64,000 nt of DNA from Marsupella aquatica. Lineage: Eukaryota > Plantae > Marchantiophyta. Location of the stretch: NCBI GenBank assembly GCA_973895155.1, contig OZ316895.1, positions 20,040,803-20,104,802 on the forward strand. The letters run 5' to 3'. Position numbers and translations under genes: made by a program. The notes beneath the pieces were generated by a model. That model was given only the letters and a program-made list of their open reading frames with translations, was not told the origin of the DNA and did no database searches. Positions 13,900-26,450 of this stretch are shown here, one piece after another; the stretch's first letter is position 1, and every line of letters begins with the position of its first letter.

Positions 13900-14716
13900 T
13901 ATCAAAACAGCCCCAAAGAATTAACTAGGCTACCGTCTAATCTAATGTACCCTTTCAGAAGGTTTTTTAAACGGCTGAACTACCCAAAAAAATATCCAAC
14001 CGACCTTTCACTTGCATCAAAGTTGTTTTTCTTTTTCTGGATATCAGCTCTAACCAGTGAACCTTGGTTAATTCTTTCCCAGTAAAGTACTGTACATGGC
14101 TCGAAAACTTTTGTAAAATACCCTGCAAACTCAATTCAACACAATCGTCTTACCAGTGCCACCTTGTTTATTCCTTTCCCAACACAGTACATCGCTCGAC
14201 AACTTTTGTACATCACACTATCAAAAGACCCTATTTGCATGGTTGTGCGTTTCACCCAGCACTATGGTAGGGCCAACGAGACCAGTTTGGCTTATGATGC
14301 ATTCAAGTTGTCGTTGAAGGGAGCATTGAACTTTAGATTTTAGAAAATCAAAGTCATTGTAAAGTACAACATTTCACCTATCCCTAATACTGTTGCTCTT
14401 ATTAGGGCTTTGGATCTGCAGCTAGCAGGTGGTTTCAGGTCAGATTTCAAACCCCCTCTTTCATTGGCAGTGACGGAAAGGTAGCTAGGTGTGTGGGTAA
14501 TCTCCTGCAGATCAAAAACTTCCATTGCCCTAAAATAAAGCACGCCCCTAGTGATACCTTTCCAGAAAATCTCTTCCCAGAAAACCTGTATTACAAAGAG
14601 TGTGAGTCCAGAAGTTTTTGGAAAACCAGTTACCATATTGAGCAGTCATCCAGTACTATTGGCGGTGATGCTATTGGCGGTGAGCATCAGTGTCCTTCAG
14701 GACAAATTCAGAATTA

Positions 14717-15064
14717 GGGTCGTCTTGCATGTGAGAGTCTTCAAATAATTGGCCCTTTAAATGATCAGGTTGCACCTTTGGAATGAGTGAGAGTTTCCTG
14801 CCTCACCCCCTCCTGAGCCAGTACGTCCTCACTGCTATACTTGTGGAGTTTCAAGGACAAGGGCCGGAAACTTTCCTGCCCTTGAGGTCCTATCCTTTGA
14901 AGTCAGATAAAACAGATAGCAGGCACAAGGAATGACAAAAAACCAGAGACAAGAAAAGTACTCTACATCTCACAGGTAGCACTGGACAAAAGAATTTACA
15001 TCCAGCAATTTAGGAAGTGCAAATGGCCAATTTGTTTGAAGACTTCACACATGCAAGACAGCCC
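14717..15064. mobile_element. Tourist-like (PIF/Harbinger) MITE, about 350 bp
   Basis: Imperfect TIRs of about 40 bp (GGGTCGTCTTGCATGTGAGAGTCTTCAAA.. and ..TTTGAAGACTTCACACATGCAAGACAGCCC), with TTA on both flanks (14714-16, 15065-67). Confidence 0.75.
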
Positions 15065-16062
15065 TTAGCACTAGTGGCAGTAGCCAGCAGATTACAATTC
15101 AGCCCTGGCTTCTGGAACACTATTAGAGCCACCAACTGTTGGCTCTACAAGGTTCCATTGCCTGACTAGTAGTGTGGGTTTTTTACCGTGTGTGGCCCTT
15201 TCTGTTCATTTTGCTTGGGTCTTCTTGCCTGCTACTGAAGAGCCTCCGCATCCCCCCTTTTTTTTAAGTCTACAACCTTGTATTCTAGTAGGAGATTGCT
15301 ATTTTGTCCAAAATTACTAGAATGTCATCTGGTAAACAAAATTAAAAAAAGTGGCAAAGTAATATTTTTGAATAGAAAGAGTCACAAGGTATCAAATCTA
15401 GTTGAGGTAGAAGAGCTTTGATTGAAACCTGTTATGAAGATTTATTATAGGTGGGGAAAGGGGACGTGCTGTACTGTTTTGTATGTTGCTCATTTCTGCA
15501 CGGTTGAGATAATTGTCAACTGAAAAACACTCTCCCAGTAGAACTGTGAGCTGAACTCAGCTTACAAATAGAAACAGAGCAAAGACAATAGTAAGTTGCA
15601 ATCCTTGCATGTCACAATCTGGTTCTTACTTGGGTAATCTATCCTCTCAAGGGGAATATGGGCTGTAATCCCCCGGATCAACCCAAGGGTGTCTCAGACC
15701 ATGGTCCCCAAAGAGAAAATGGACCCAAAGACGAATGACCTATTGTAAACCCAATTGGTAAATATTTGCAACTATTTGTGGGCAGAGTCATGGCTCTTAT
15801 TCACACCAACAACACAAAGATTTAAGTGAGTGAATCCCTGGGCTAGGCTAGATGGCCCACAAACTTCAATGAAAATACAAAGAAAGATTCGCAGTGAGAG
15901 TTTACCAGTATGCAGCCCACCACCACTTGCTGGATATTGATACAGCAATTTTCCTTGTTGCACTCAACCAGTCATCTCCTACAAGCCCTTAGTGAATTCT
16001 TGGAGTAAGTTATGACAACTTAGTGCAACTACAATTGACACAAAACAGGTTATTATTTCAAT

Positions 16063-16510
16063 ACTAGCTCAATACCCATGCGTTGCACAAAAGATGTCGT
16101 TAAAATAAAGATGTTGTGGTTGCACCCAAGATGCTGCTACAAAACAAACTGTTGTGGCGCCCAAGATGTTAAGAGAAAAAGATGAGTTTCTCGAGATGTC
16201 ATGATGTGAAAGATGCCATGAAGATAAAAGATATTGTTAAGAAAAAAAATCATTTTGCCAAGGATGTGGTGTCACCCAAGATGTTGTCAAGTAAATAGAT
16301 GTAGTGTCGCCAATGATGTTGTTATGCCAAAGATGTAATTAAGTACAAAATGGTCAATAAGTAAAACATGTCAAAGATGTTGTGAAGTAAAAGATGTAGT
16401 TAAGTACATCTTGGGTCCTATACCTGTGCGTTGCACAAAAGTTGTCAAGGTGAGAAAAGATTTGAAAATGAAAAATGATGTACATGAGAGAAAACATGTC
16501 GAGGTGAGAG
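16063..16510 (+). mobile_element. Helitron/Helentron-like non-autonomous end followed by an AAGATGT minisatellite (copy 1)
   Basis: ACTAGCTCAATACCCATGCGTTGCAC followed by many degenerate AAAGATGT(T/C)GT units; a related copy starts at 19733. Confidence 0.4.
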
Positions 16511-19500
16511 CATGTGTTGTTTTTTTTTTAGGTTTTTGAGAAATGAATATTTTCAATATCTTTCATTTATATTCAAAATTGTTTCAAAATTTTCCAATTT
16601 TCAAGAATTTTTTATATATGAATAATTTAATTATTTTTTAATTAAGTTTTTCATTGTGGCAGGTATGGAAGGCTAAAGGGAAGCTTGGGCAGGAACTTAT
16701 TTTAGAAGGGGTGTATGGATAGATCTGACAGTGTGGAAAATTTAATGTTTTGATCAATGGTCAAGATTGATTCTCATTGTTTTTAGTTGTAAATGGAAGG
16801 GATCTGGATTATAGTGATACAAGGTAAAGGGAAGTCTCCTTGATAGTCATGCATTGCTAGAGTCCCTCCCTATTTCCTTTGTACTATTAGATTCCTTTTT
16901 GCTTGGAAATAGTGCACTCCATTTCATTCACACTACATTACTTTTTCTTTTTTTCCTTCTCTTTGGTTAGGTTTTTTCATGTTTCTCATTTTTGGGGCAC
17001 TGTAAATTTGAGTGATGACCACAGTCACTACTACAAGACGCAACCTTTTATTATAGCTTTTTGATTGATTATTGGGAATGATCTGTAAGCATATCATGTC
17101 CTGGACTAACCAAACACTTTTTGAATGTTACTTAATATGGTGCATGGGGGTTTAGGGTCACGGACTTTAGAGGCTGTGCATTAGAAATCCCTCATCTTTA
17201 TTTTCCCCTTGAGAAAACGTCTTGTTTTTGGAGCCATAATAGTTCAGACAGGATCTTGTCCAAACCTTTGAACTCAGATAGGATTCGGAAATGTTCATTG
17301 TATGAAAGTCAAGCTCTTCCACTAAAAATCTAAATTAGTATTAGTACTGTATGTTTTCACAGATCCTATGTGAGCTTAGAAATCTCACAAAAGCAAAAGG
17401 TTTGGGATGCTGATCCCATACAAGGAACGAGAAGCTCAGATAGACACAAAGGTTTGACAAGGTGCTTGAATGGACTCACAGAACCCTTATAGACACAATC
17501 CAAACCTCAAATTATACCCTCAAGGTACTAGTGCTGTTTACTTTATTTTGCTATAGTATGCACAAGCATAGTTTGATAGTGCCTCTCCAAAGTCTTCCTT
17601 ATACGAGTCAGGACACCCATCCATATGCTGAGAAGGGTTCCCCATACCCGTAGCTCTTATAGAAGAAGCTGTGGTGAAACAGAATCCGACTGTTATCCTT
17701 AGATCTAGGTAGATCCAAGGGTCATAGTTTATCTAAAGAGACTAAGTAAGGAACATACTTAGCATTTTCTCCTTCTCGCAAAGTGGCACTCCCCTGGCAA
17801 AAAACGAAAACTTTACTCTCTACTGATCCCGAAAAAGAAAAGTGTGATCATAGAAATTATTCAGATGTATATGGCTAAATTTGGCTGGATTTTTGCACCC
17901 ATAAATTACGTAGATGTAAGGGCCAAAAATTTACCTAGGAAAACTAGATGAGGGAGATGAACTCTCACAGGTCTCATCATGTCACACATTTCATTTTAGG
18001 GGTCCATCAAACAAATTCCTCCCCACAAGGTGGCATTCAGGTGACATTCTTTTAGTGAAAAGCAAAAAAACTTCCCTTCCAGTGATACCCAAAAAGTGAC
18101 ACGCAAAAAGCAAAAGTGAGATCCTGAAAATTATTTAGACCAAATTTTGTCAACGTCGTCACCAGCCCGGTCCGCTTGCCACTTGAAGGCATCCAGGTAT
18201 AATTATTACCACACCTTTAAGGTTTGAATTACAGCACATCGTTCATGACTGTCAGAGGCCGAGAACTGTGCGATCTGATCGGAACGTCAGATTGGATCTC
18301 ACTATCGACGGCCCGCATGACATCTACTGTGGACCGTTCACCAAGTTTTCCCGTACTTTGTTTTACTATTTTCTCCTTGTTTTGACTGAGGGCCCACGGT
18401 AATTGTTTGAGCGTATATCACGTGTTAAAATTTGCATCGTTGATGGCTGCCCCAGTTCCTGGAAAGGCCTCAGAGATCAGCACGAGGGTAATTTAAAGGT
18501 TTCTACTTTTTAGGCAAGAGGCTCATGTGTGAGTAAAAACGATTCTAAAAATATTGGATCTGTAATTTTCCCACATCAATTAATGGCGTTAGCTTTCTCT
18601 AGATTGAAGATAACAGTTAGATTCTAGCTAATGGGTCCGCTGCTAGTACGACGAGGACCTAATTTTACAATGTCAACTCTAGTAACACTTGTATCTAAAA
18701 ATGATACAATTTTTGGGGAATGAAAATAATTATAAGAGTAATTTTAGCATTTTGATGTGAACACTAATTATAAGGCACGTATGCATTATTTTCAAGAATA
18801 ACACACCTGACTGAGGAATAACACATCTGACTGCGAACGGTCCACACTAGATGTCAGGAGAATAATGTTTGGCCTTGTGTTATTTCCTATACTTAATAAT
18901 AATTTTTAAAAAAATGCACAGGTCATGCAAAACCCTGGGTGGCACTGCGGCAGAAGCATACTGCTGGATATCCTGCCCACACCAGAGCCAACTCAGCAGA
19001 TGGAGAGAGCTGGCCCTTATCATGTCCTCTCAAAGTGGAATTGACTGTGGGATGGACGAGAGGTTGTCCCTTCCCTTCCCCATGGACTCAGTAAAGTGAT
19101 TAGCGAGTTCAGACCCAAATACAAAAGTGACCAGTCACATTTGAATTCAAAGTTAGATTTCTGTCATTAAGCACTTTACTACTTTGACACCTTTGTGGAA
19201 CAAGTAATCAAGAAATCAAGTCCTGTTTTTGAAAGTGCCATTTGCTCAGTAGTGTAATGTTGTCTCAATGGAACAGCAAAGTGAAGGAGCAGATTGGGTT
19301 GTCTTTGTCTTGAAGCTACAACCGCAACCCAATTCAAAGCAAGCAAAATGGATCAGTGAGCTAGAAAGTATGAACAAAAACATTTGCATCACTCAGTTGC
19401 TCCCATGCTGTGGATTTGAGCCCTTAGTTTAAGAAAAAAATTGAGCAATCACAAACTTGTGAGTATTCAGAATGCATTTTCAAAACGCAACATGCTGTCT

Positions 19501-19732
19501 TGACAACTTACCCAATAGAGTAGTAAGATTCATCAAGTGTTTTGCGACAAAAATCTTACCTTTGAATTTGGCAGATGTGCAATTTATTTGAGGGAGTTTT
19601 GGATCTTCATTTCAGATCAATTTTTCAAGCATGGTCTTTGATGTCCCATTTAGTGTCTGACAAAGCTTGAAACATTTTGAGATCATTTGCTCCATTTCTA
19701 ATGAGCACAATGGTGGTCAAATATTATAAATC

Positions 19733-20000
19733 ACTAGCTCAATCAATACCTGTGCGCTGAACAAAGATGTCGATGTGTAAGAGATATTGTCCATGGAAAA
19801 GAGATATCATTTGTGGAAAAGACAACATTATGCAAAAGATGTCATTGTGTAAAAAATGTCATTCATGGAAAACATATTCTTGTGTAAATATGTCATGCGC
19901 AAAAGATGTCATTGTTGCGCAAAGATGTCGTCGTGTTAGGATGTCATGATTGCACAAAAAATGTCATTGTGCAAAAGATGTTTATGGAGAAAATGTTATA
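19733..20000 (+). mobile_element. Second copy of the ACTAG..TGCG.. end plus AAGATGTCAT minisatellite
   Basis: ACTAGCTCAATCAATACCTGTGCGCTG followed by repeated (GC)AAAAGATGTCATTGT units. Confidence 0.4.
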
Positions 20001-21369
20001 GCACGAATATTTCATTAGATCTTCACCTAATTTTTAAAAAACTTATATTAATCTGCAAGGAAAATCACCTATTGACTTCAATATATTTGTTCTCAGGTCA
20101 CATAGGGATACTCTCCATACCTCAAGGGGTCTCTTACTACATCACTCCATACCATGATAAACCTAATTATTTTCTTTAAATCAATGAGTGCACACCATAT
20201 ATTATCACATTTTGATGTGTGATTACCGGTAGGGTACCTCAAACCCTTGTACTACACCAGGCAACTGGATAAGTGCATGGAATTACTTTATGTAGTTGAA
20301 TGTTCATTGCACTAGATAATAAAAGCTTCTTATGTAGATGTTGCAATAATGGACAACTGCATTATGCACTCATAAATTTGCCATTTACAGTAGTGCTTGG
20401 AATATACACTTACAAATAGTGGTCAAAATGCAGTTCCCAAGGGAATGTTTTGGAAGATCCCAATAGTCTGCACAAATCCACTCAATGCACCTAGACAAGG
20501 TGGATTGGATGCTGCAACCTATATTCAAATTTTACAAAGAAACATACCAACAAGTTGTGGAAACTTAAATACATGTCTTAAGCCTCGCTAGTCCGACGTA
20601 GCCACTTTGGTTGGGAGCAGTTATTTTGCTACTTTCATTACGTGTATTCTCACTCCCTTGGGTAGAGCATTTTGGCATGACTACTTGGTGGATGGCTTGT
20701 TCATTGTATGCAAAATGACACTTCAAGCCTTATAAGGAAAAATTAATCCGTGGACCCCCATGTTCATCCAAGGAATGTGTGTTTGATGAAGTGAAATCAA
20801 TTTTCAACAACGCGGTAATCAACGGTTTTGGTCTCCCGATGATCTTGGTGTGTGCTCGTACAAAAGAAAACGCCCAAAAGATAGAGGAGATTTATCAACG
20901 GAAGGTTGAATATGGAGGAATTGAGTTTTTTGACGGTTTTTGCTTACACATTGGAGAAATCGTGTTTCTATTATTCATGATTGCTCGTTTGTGAGTTACA
21001 TTGAACATTACCGCCACAAGACAGACTGGAGGACAACACTTAGCTATTGGCAAAAGAGCGATTGTCGATTCGGTGGGAAGAACACACAAAACAAACAAGT
21101 CATCGCTTCACATGAAGGATTTGTAGTTTTTTTTATTTAAGAAAGCTATGGTGTGAGAGGGAGACCAACGATTGTTTCTTTGACATAGAGGCTGCATTTG
21201 GCGTCAACCTGTGTTTAGAGTGAGCTAGCTTCAGTTGAAGACTAGAGGAATGCGAACAATTCAAGCCGGGAAGCAAGCATTGTGGACAAGGGATGGCGAC
21301 GTAATCAAAAAAATCAAATTTCAACGGCTAAGTTTGTGACGGTGATGAGATTGTGATATCTCTTAATCA

Positions 21370-21870
21370 AGAAAGGGTTTCCAATGAACCTGAGATTGAC
21401 AAATTTTGTCAAGTTCCAAATGAGTTTTTGAATTTCTTTGCCTTTCCAATGAGTGTGAGTATAAGAAATATTGATCATGAGTCCATGAATTCTTTTAGCT
21501 TTAATTCCAACATTGAGTCCGACATTGACAAATTTTACGTCAGATTTTGTCACGATACTAAAGAGATCATGAGGTTTTCAATCTCTCTAGCTTTCTAATG
21601 TGTGACATTGAGATTATTCGTCAAGAATTAGAGAGATCATGAGTATCTGAATTTCTCTAGCTTTCCAATGTACCTAACATTGATAGATTTTGTCAAGTAC
21701 TAAGGAGATTATGAGTTTTTAATTTTACTTTAGCTTTCCAATGAGTGTGACATTGATAGATTTTATCAAGACAATACTAAAGAGGTCACGAGTTTCTAAA
21801 TCTTGATCTTGAGTTTTCCAATGAATCAAACATTGACAGATTTTATCAAGTACTAAGGAGATTGATTATT
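21370..21870. repeat. Degenerate tandem repeat of about 70 bp (roughly 6-7 copies)
   Basis: Recurring GACATTGA(T/C)AGATTTT(G/A)TCAAG..CTAAGGAGAT(C/T)ATGAGTTT..TAGCTTTCCAATG. Confidence 0.7.
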
Positions 21871-22638
21871 TAATTTTACAATGTGAAGCCAAAGGGGTTT
21901 TAACTATGTACATTTCTATTAGTTGGTTTTTTCAAGCTTGCAAACAATTAAAAAATACAAGCACTTTGATATAAAACACTGATATATCTTTGACAAACAT
22001 CAAAATGGTAACTTTATTTTATTAAATGACATATCTCCCTTTGTATTTTGGTTTTTTTACGTTCAATATTTATGGCATGGCGCCCCAAAAATTACGTTGC
22101 TTTTGCCACAAACAGGAATGTGCACGTTTGTTATTGTTAAAAGTAGGATCATTCCTGTTTGTGGCTGGTTGTGGTGATGTGGCACAACCTCGTGGCAGGG
22201 AATTTGCAAGAGACCTCTCATGGGGGTCCGTAAAAATGTTTTGCTAGTATAGTGTGAAGGTTTATGGTATGCCTAAAGACACCAATTCTATGGATGGCTA
22301 TGAACTGTAACCCTCCTGCCAGACTGGCCAGGGGTTACAAGAGTTTAGCCCATTGGGCTGGCACACCTGGAGTGTTATTCAATTCTGTCACAATTTTCAG
22401 GTCAAAACCAGAGAAGAACATACTCTTGGGAGGTTATGTTCATTAATCTTGGGGACCATGACTGTAAACCCCTTGGGCTCATTTGCCCATCAGGGGTTAC
22501 ATCCCATAGCCTCCTTGGGGCCATGTGTTGCCCTACATTTACACTTGCTAAAAGATATCTGCACTAGGCATCCCTAAACTGTAAACCCTTTTAAAAATAA
22601 AAAAATATCAAACTTTATAAAAATGCCGACGCGACACC

Positions 22639-22976
22639 TATAGAGGTTAACTCAGTCTTGGGTTGAACTATGGTTAGTATGTTAACTAGGGTTAGAGTAA
22701 ACCCTAGTTGAAGAGATTGGTCCTTATCTCTTCAACTTGTATGTGGTGTGTGAACACACAAGAGAGTTCTCAAGAGAGAACACAATGATACAGCAAGAGA
22801 TGAGAGCTTGAAGAGATGGGAGCTATGGTGATGCTTGAGTAGACACATAACCGTTAATAAAGCTTGGTCTTCCCGTGGACGTAGCCAACCTTGAGGCAAA
22901 CCACGTAACTATTGAGCACGTGTATGTTTGGAGTGTATTTCCTGATCTGATTTCTCCCCACAATTGGTATCAGAGC
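22639..22976 (+). mobile_element. LTR remnant (probably Ty1/copia) with tRNA-iMet primer-binding site
   Basis: LTR ends ..CCCCACA at 22962, followed by AT and TGGTATCAGAGC (22965-22976, complementary to the 3' end of tRNA-iMet). The U5-type motif CCCGTGGACGTAGCC..AACCACGTAA lies upstream. Start is approximate. Confidence 0.65.
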
Positions 22977-25697
22977 TCAGATTTTTTCAGTCGATTAGGA
23001 ACTCCATAGAACTTGCTTCAAGCAAAGCGAACAGCGGATGATTTCCTCTTCAAAGCGGAGCTATTGGAAGAAGATCTGCTGGCCCTGCCATTAGTGAAGA
23101 AACCATGCTGAAGCATTGATCCTCCAGATGAACAATCTGACCTTGGGGAAAGTCCACACTCCCCACACTTTCCTCCAACGTTCCTCCAATTCGTCTGTGG
23201 AGCCCTCTATGTCCACCTTTTGTCGAGTTTGGAGAATCTAGATCCGACACAGAGGAAGGAGTGGCCCAAACCTTGTTGGGATGGGACCAGCCATAGTTTT
23301 TCTTGTGCCAATCCCACTTCCAACTCGAGCACTGGTGCAGAGCCAGACCACCTTGAATCCTGCACCTCGAGATAGAGTCGTGAAACTGGCTAAATTCGTA
23401 ATGCCGATTTGTCTGGTGCTACGAATTTGGTTGTTCAGTTGTTCTTTCTCGATCCATTGGTTGTTGTCACCACTTAAGTCAGTGATTGACTTAATTCTCC
23501 TGTTGGCAAGGTATCTTCGGAGTTTGACCTGTTGCTCCATGAGATATCCTTATCTCTGAGATATAGTAGAGTTTGCTCAATGCTAAGGTGCAGCGGGAGT
23601 TGACTCCCTTCAAACTGGAAATTGAGCCTAAACACTACACCCGATGTTTATGGCAAAAAATAATGAATTATGAATTTGACAGTCCATAATTTTTCTATCC
23701 CTGACCTTATAAAATTATCCATCAAATTTTGTGAAAGTCCAGGAAGGTCGGAAGATTAGAAAGAAGCCTAACTGGAGTCCGATGTATAGGCTGAGTAGTA
23801 ATAGGTATGATAGGAGTTTTAGGAGCAGGTGCACTATTTTTGAACCTAGTGGTTAATCTGGTCCTCCTGGCCAATTACTGATTTTTTTTCTCTGTTTGCT
23901 CGGGCTTTCGGGCTCGTGGCCTTTGGGCTCCTTCTCGGGGCGGCCGCTGTTGCCCCGGGTGTTGGTCTGGGTTCCATCCCCTCCTACTTTTAAAATTAAA
24001 AAAATGGTCCATCATATTTGATATTTGAATCTTTGAGACCCCCATTTTCCAAGTGGGCTTCCTTTTCGTGAAGCTGCCCGGTCCCCGACTGCCCGCACCA
24101 TGAAGGGGTGGCGGTTCTGACAGAATCACACAACTGTAGCAGTTTGTACCGGTATCGGTCTTTGTTCCCAGATCACGGTGAATACGGTAGACTACGGCAC
24201 TGTGCCAGCAGTAACTTCTCTGGATACGGATTACGGAAGGAAACGGAACGAGACTGTTCCCATCTTTTTGTCATTCTCAAGGGGCGGGCAGTACCGTAAC
24301 GGGTCTGGCGTAAATACTTCGAACGGCTTGGTGGTGAAACATTTAAATTGTTACTGTTCACCAGTTCTGTATACATTATCCAATGTACTTATTACGTACC
24401 AAATTTCTAGCACAGAAGTCAATGAACGAAGGCTAAATAGGGTGTACTATCCTGCTTCGTGCAGTAAAATGGCGAAATATTAATTACTTTTATTCCAGGA
24501 AACAGCATACTGCCAAAATAGTAGAAAGCATTACGTGCTCGAATGGACCACCCAGATGAACCTTGAAACCTGGATAGACCAGGTTACTGTTGACGAGAAT
24601 GCGTGGAGCTTTTTGAAAGAAAATTTACTATATGAGTACACAATGAGTCCCCTAGTCTATGATTGTAAACTAATATGATACTCAAATAGAATATTTTATT
24701 GAATAATCTAGGATTTCTGCTGTCCATCTGGGATTTGCTTGTCCATCCAGGTCATCTTGTCAAACATTTAGGTCCATGGGGGCTTCAGTTTTCTAGAATA
24801 TCATTCTCCTTATTTACTTATTCTATTATGAAACGATTGTGCATAGGGAAGGATTTGGGAGGGATTATGCACAAACTATAGGGATTTGATGATATAATGC
24901 ATAAACTATAGGGAGGGATTTGCACAATCGTTTCATAATGCACAATCGTTTCATAATCCTTTCAGTTAGAGTACCTTTCACAGCTGAGCAACCTTTTCAC
25001 ATCTTAATGCGCCTCACTATATTCTCTATGTGATTTCAGGGCATTCATTGAGAATGTATTGTCAAGATTTGGGTGTCATTATGAAAATTCTCCTATACTT
25101 TTACAAAAAACAGGACAAACAAACAAAAACTTAAGCCTTTAAGTGTACTAAGGTGCTCTTACCTGAGCACTATGGCCCACAATAGCCTCTCATATATACC
25201 TAGCCCCTCAGGTAGTTTTCTATTTTTATTTCTATGGATGGTTTGGAGCCATAACCCTATGCCCCAGCCTGGCCAAGAGGTTATGACATTTTGACCCCCT
25301 CGCTAACCCACCCGGAGGTTATATAATTTCAAACACAAAGTTTTAATAAAAATAGAGCAAAGCTACACTCAGGGCTGTGCTTGTGAACCCATGACTACCC
25401 AAAGGGCATGCCTTCACTCCCTAGGGGATTATATCCCACAAGCCTAGCCTGACTACCTGTTCTTTGATCATAAATATAGGTGACTACAAAAAACCATGCA
25501 CTACTTTTTCTAAATTATTGACATTCATTTATGATTTGTCCCTGTTTCTTGTACCCCAAAGTTAAGTGAAGCAGGCCTACTTATGGTCAAGAGGCTTCAC
25601 TCTAGACCTAGACCATAAAAGAAATAGGTTTATATCCCAAATTACTACATTTAACTCTCACTAAGTGCGGGCTCTTGGGAAGACAGATCCGGCATGC

Positions 25698-25873
25698 TGT
25701 CGTGACATATAGTATCGTAGTCATAGTGTATCAAAAACATACAAGTTACCGGCAAGGCATATGTGCAAGCTGCTAGCAACCAACATGCATAGAAAAAGTC
25801 CAATCACATTCACAAGTGCCAAGAAAAAGCAAATGAAGTGGTATGTACGTAGTGGAGGTGTAAACCTCTGTAT
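25698..25873 (-). repeat. Repeat A, terminal copy (176 bp)
   Basis: Matches 26235-26410 with 4 substitutions by eye count. Confidence 0.95.
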
Positions 25874-26232
25874 ATAAAAGGCGTAAGAAAAACAATTGTA
25901 TTGAAATCAAATCAAAAACCGGCAGGATGCCAAGATCGGCCGGGAGCATCTAACGAATCACTGTGTGAATCCCGTGTACGGAACCGACGAGCACTGTCTG
26001 AGCTCTGTCAACAGCGATTCAAGAAGAACTGAAAAACCCACAAAGAAATACATGCCCTAAGCAAGCAAAGTCCTGGCATCACACTAACAAGCACATTTGC
26101 TTCAAGAATGGCCCAGACTTGCTACAAGAACATGTCGCTAACTCAGGTAGTACACTAGCCCTAACTACATACCTAGCGGGCAGGCAAGGGACATGCCGAT
26201 GTGCATAAGAGACACTGTCCCTCGGCATGACA
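25874..26232 (-). repeat. Repeat B, 3' copy (359 bp)
   Basis: Matches 35158-35516 with about 11 substitutions by eye count. Confidence 0.95.
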
Positions 26233-26234
26233 GC

Positions 26235-26410
26235 TATCGTGACATATAGTATCGTAGCCATAGTGTATCAAAAACATACAAGTCACCGGCAAGGCATATG
26301 TGCAAGCTGCTAGCAACCAAAATGCATAGAAAAAGTCCAATCACATTCACAAGTGCCAAGAAAAAGCAAATGAAGTGGTATGTACGTAGTGGAGGTGTAA
26401 ACCTCTGTAT
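26235..26410 (-). repeat. Repeat A, inner copy (176 bp)
   Basis: Direct repeat of 25698-25873, separated from B by GC at 26233-34. Confidence 0.95.
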
Positions 26411-26418
26411 CCCCCCCC
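26411..26418 (-). other. Putative polypurine tract (G8) for plus-strand priming
   Basis: C8 on the + strand directly abuts the inner A repeat, about 30 nt after the integrase stop codon. Confidence 0.6.
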
Positions 26419-26450
26419 AGACCACAGCCACAAGGAGGGCTGAAGAAAAT

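Noticed and set aside
20590-21330. Possible decayed transposon gene between the minisatellites
   Set aside because: No diagnostic Rep, helicase or transposase motif could be read.
21370-21870. CRISPR-like appearance of periodic repeats
   Set aside because: The whole unit repeats degenerately with no unique spacers, the context is eukaryotic and there are no cas genes.
22285-25450. Diverged direct repeat pair (about 22285-22510 and 25230-25450) as possible LTRs
   Set aside because: Low similarity and no TG..CA ends, PBS or PPT; more likely two old copies of a dispersed repeat.
25698-26232. Reading B+A (TG..CA, 535 bp) as an ordinary 3' LTR or as a separately inserted solo LTR
   Set aside because: The 5' end has only B, the PPT lies before the inner A rather than before B, and this 535-bp unit has no TSD of its own, whereas the whole 9.8-kb unit does.
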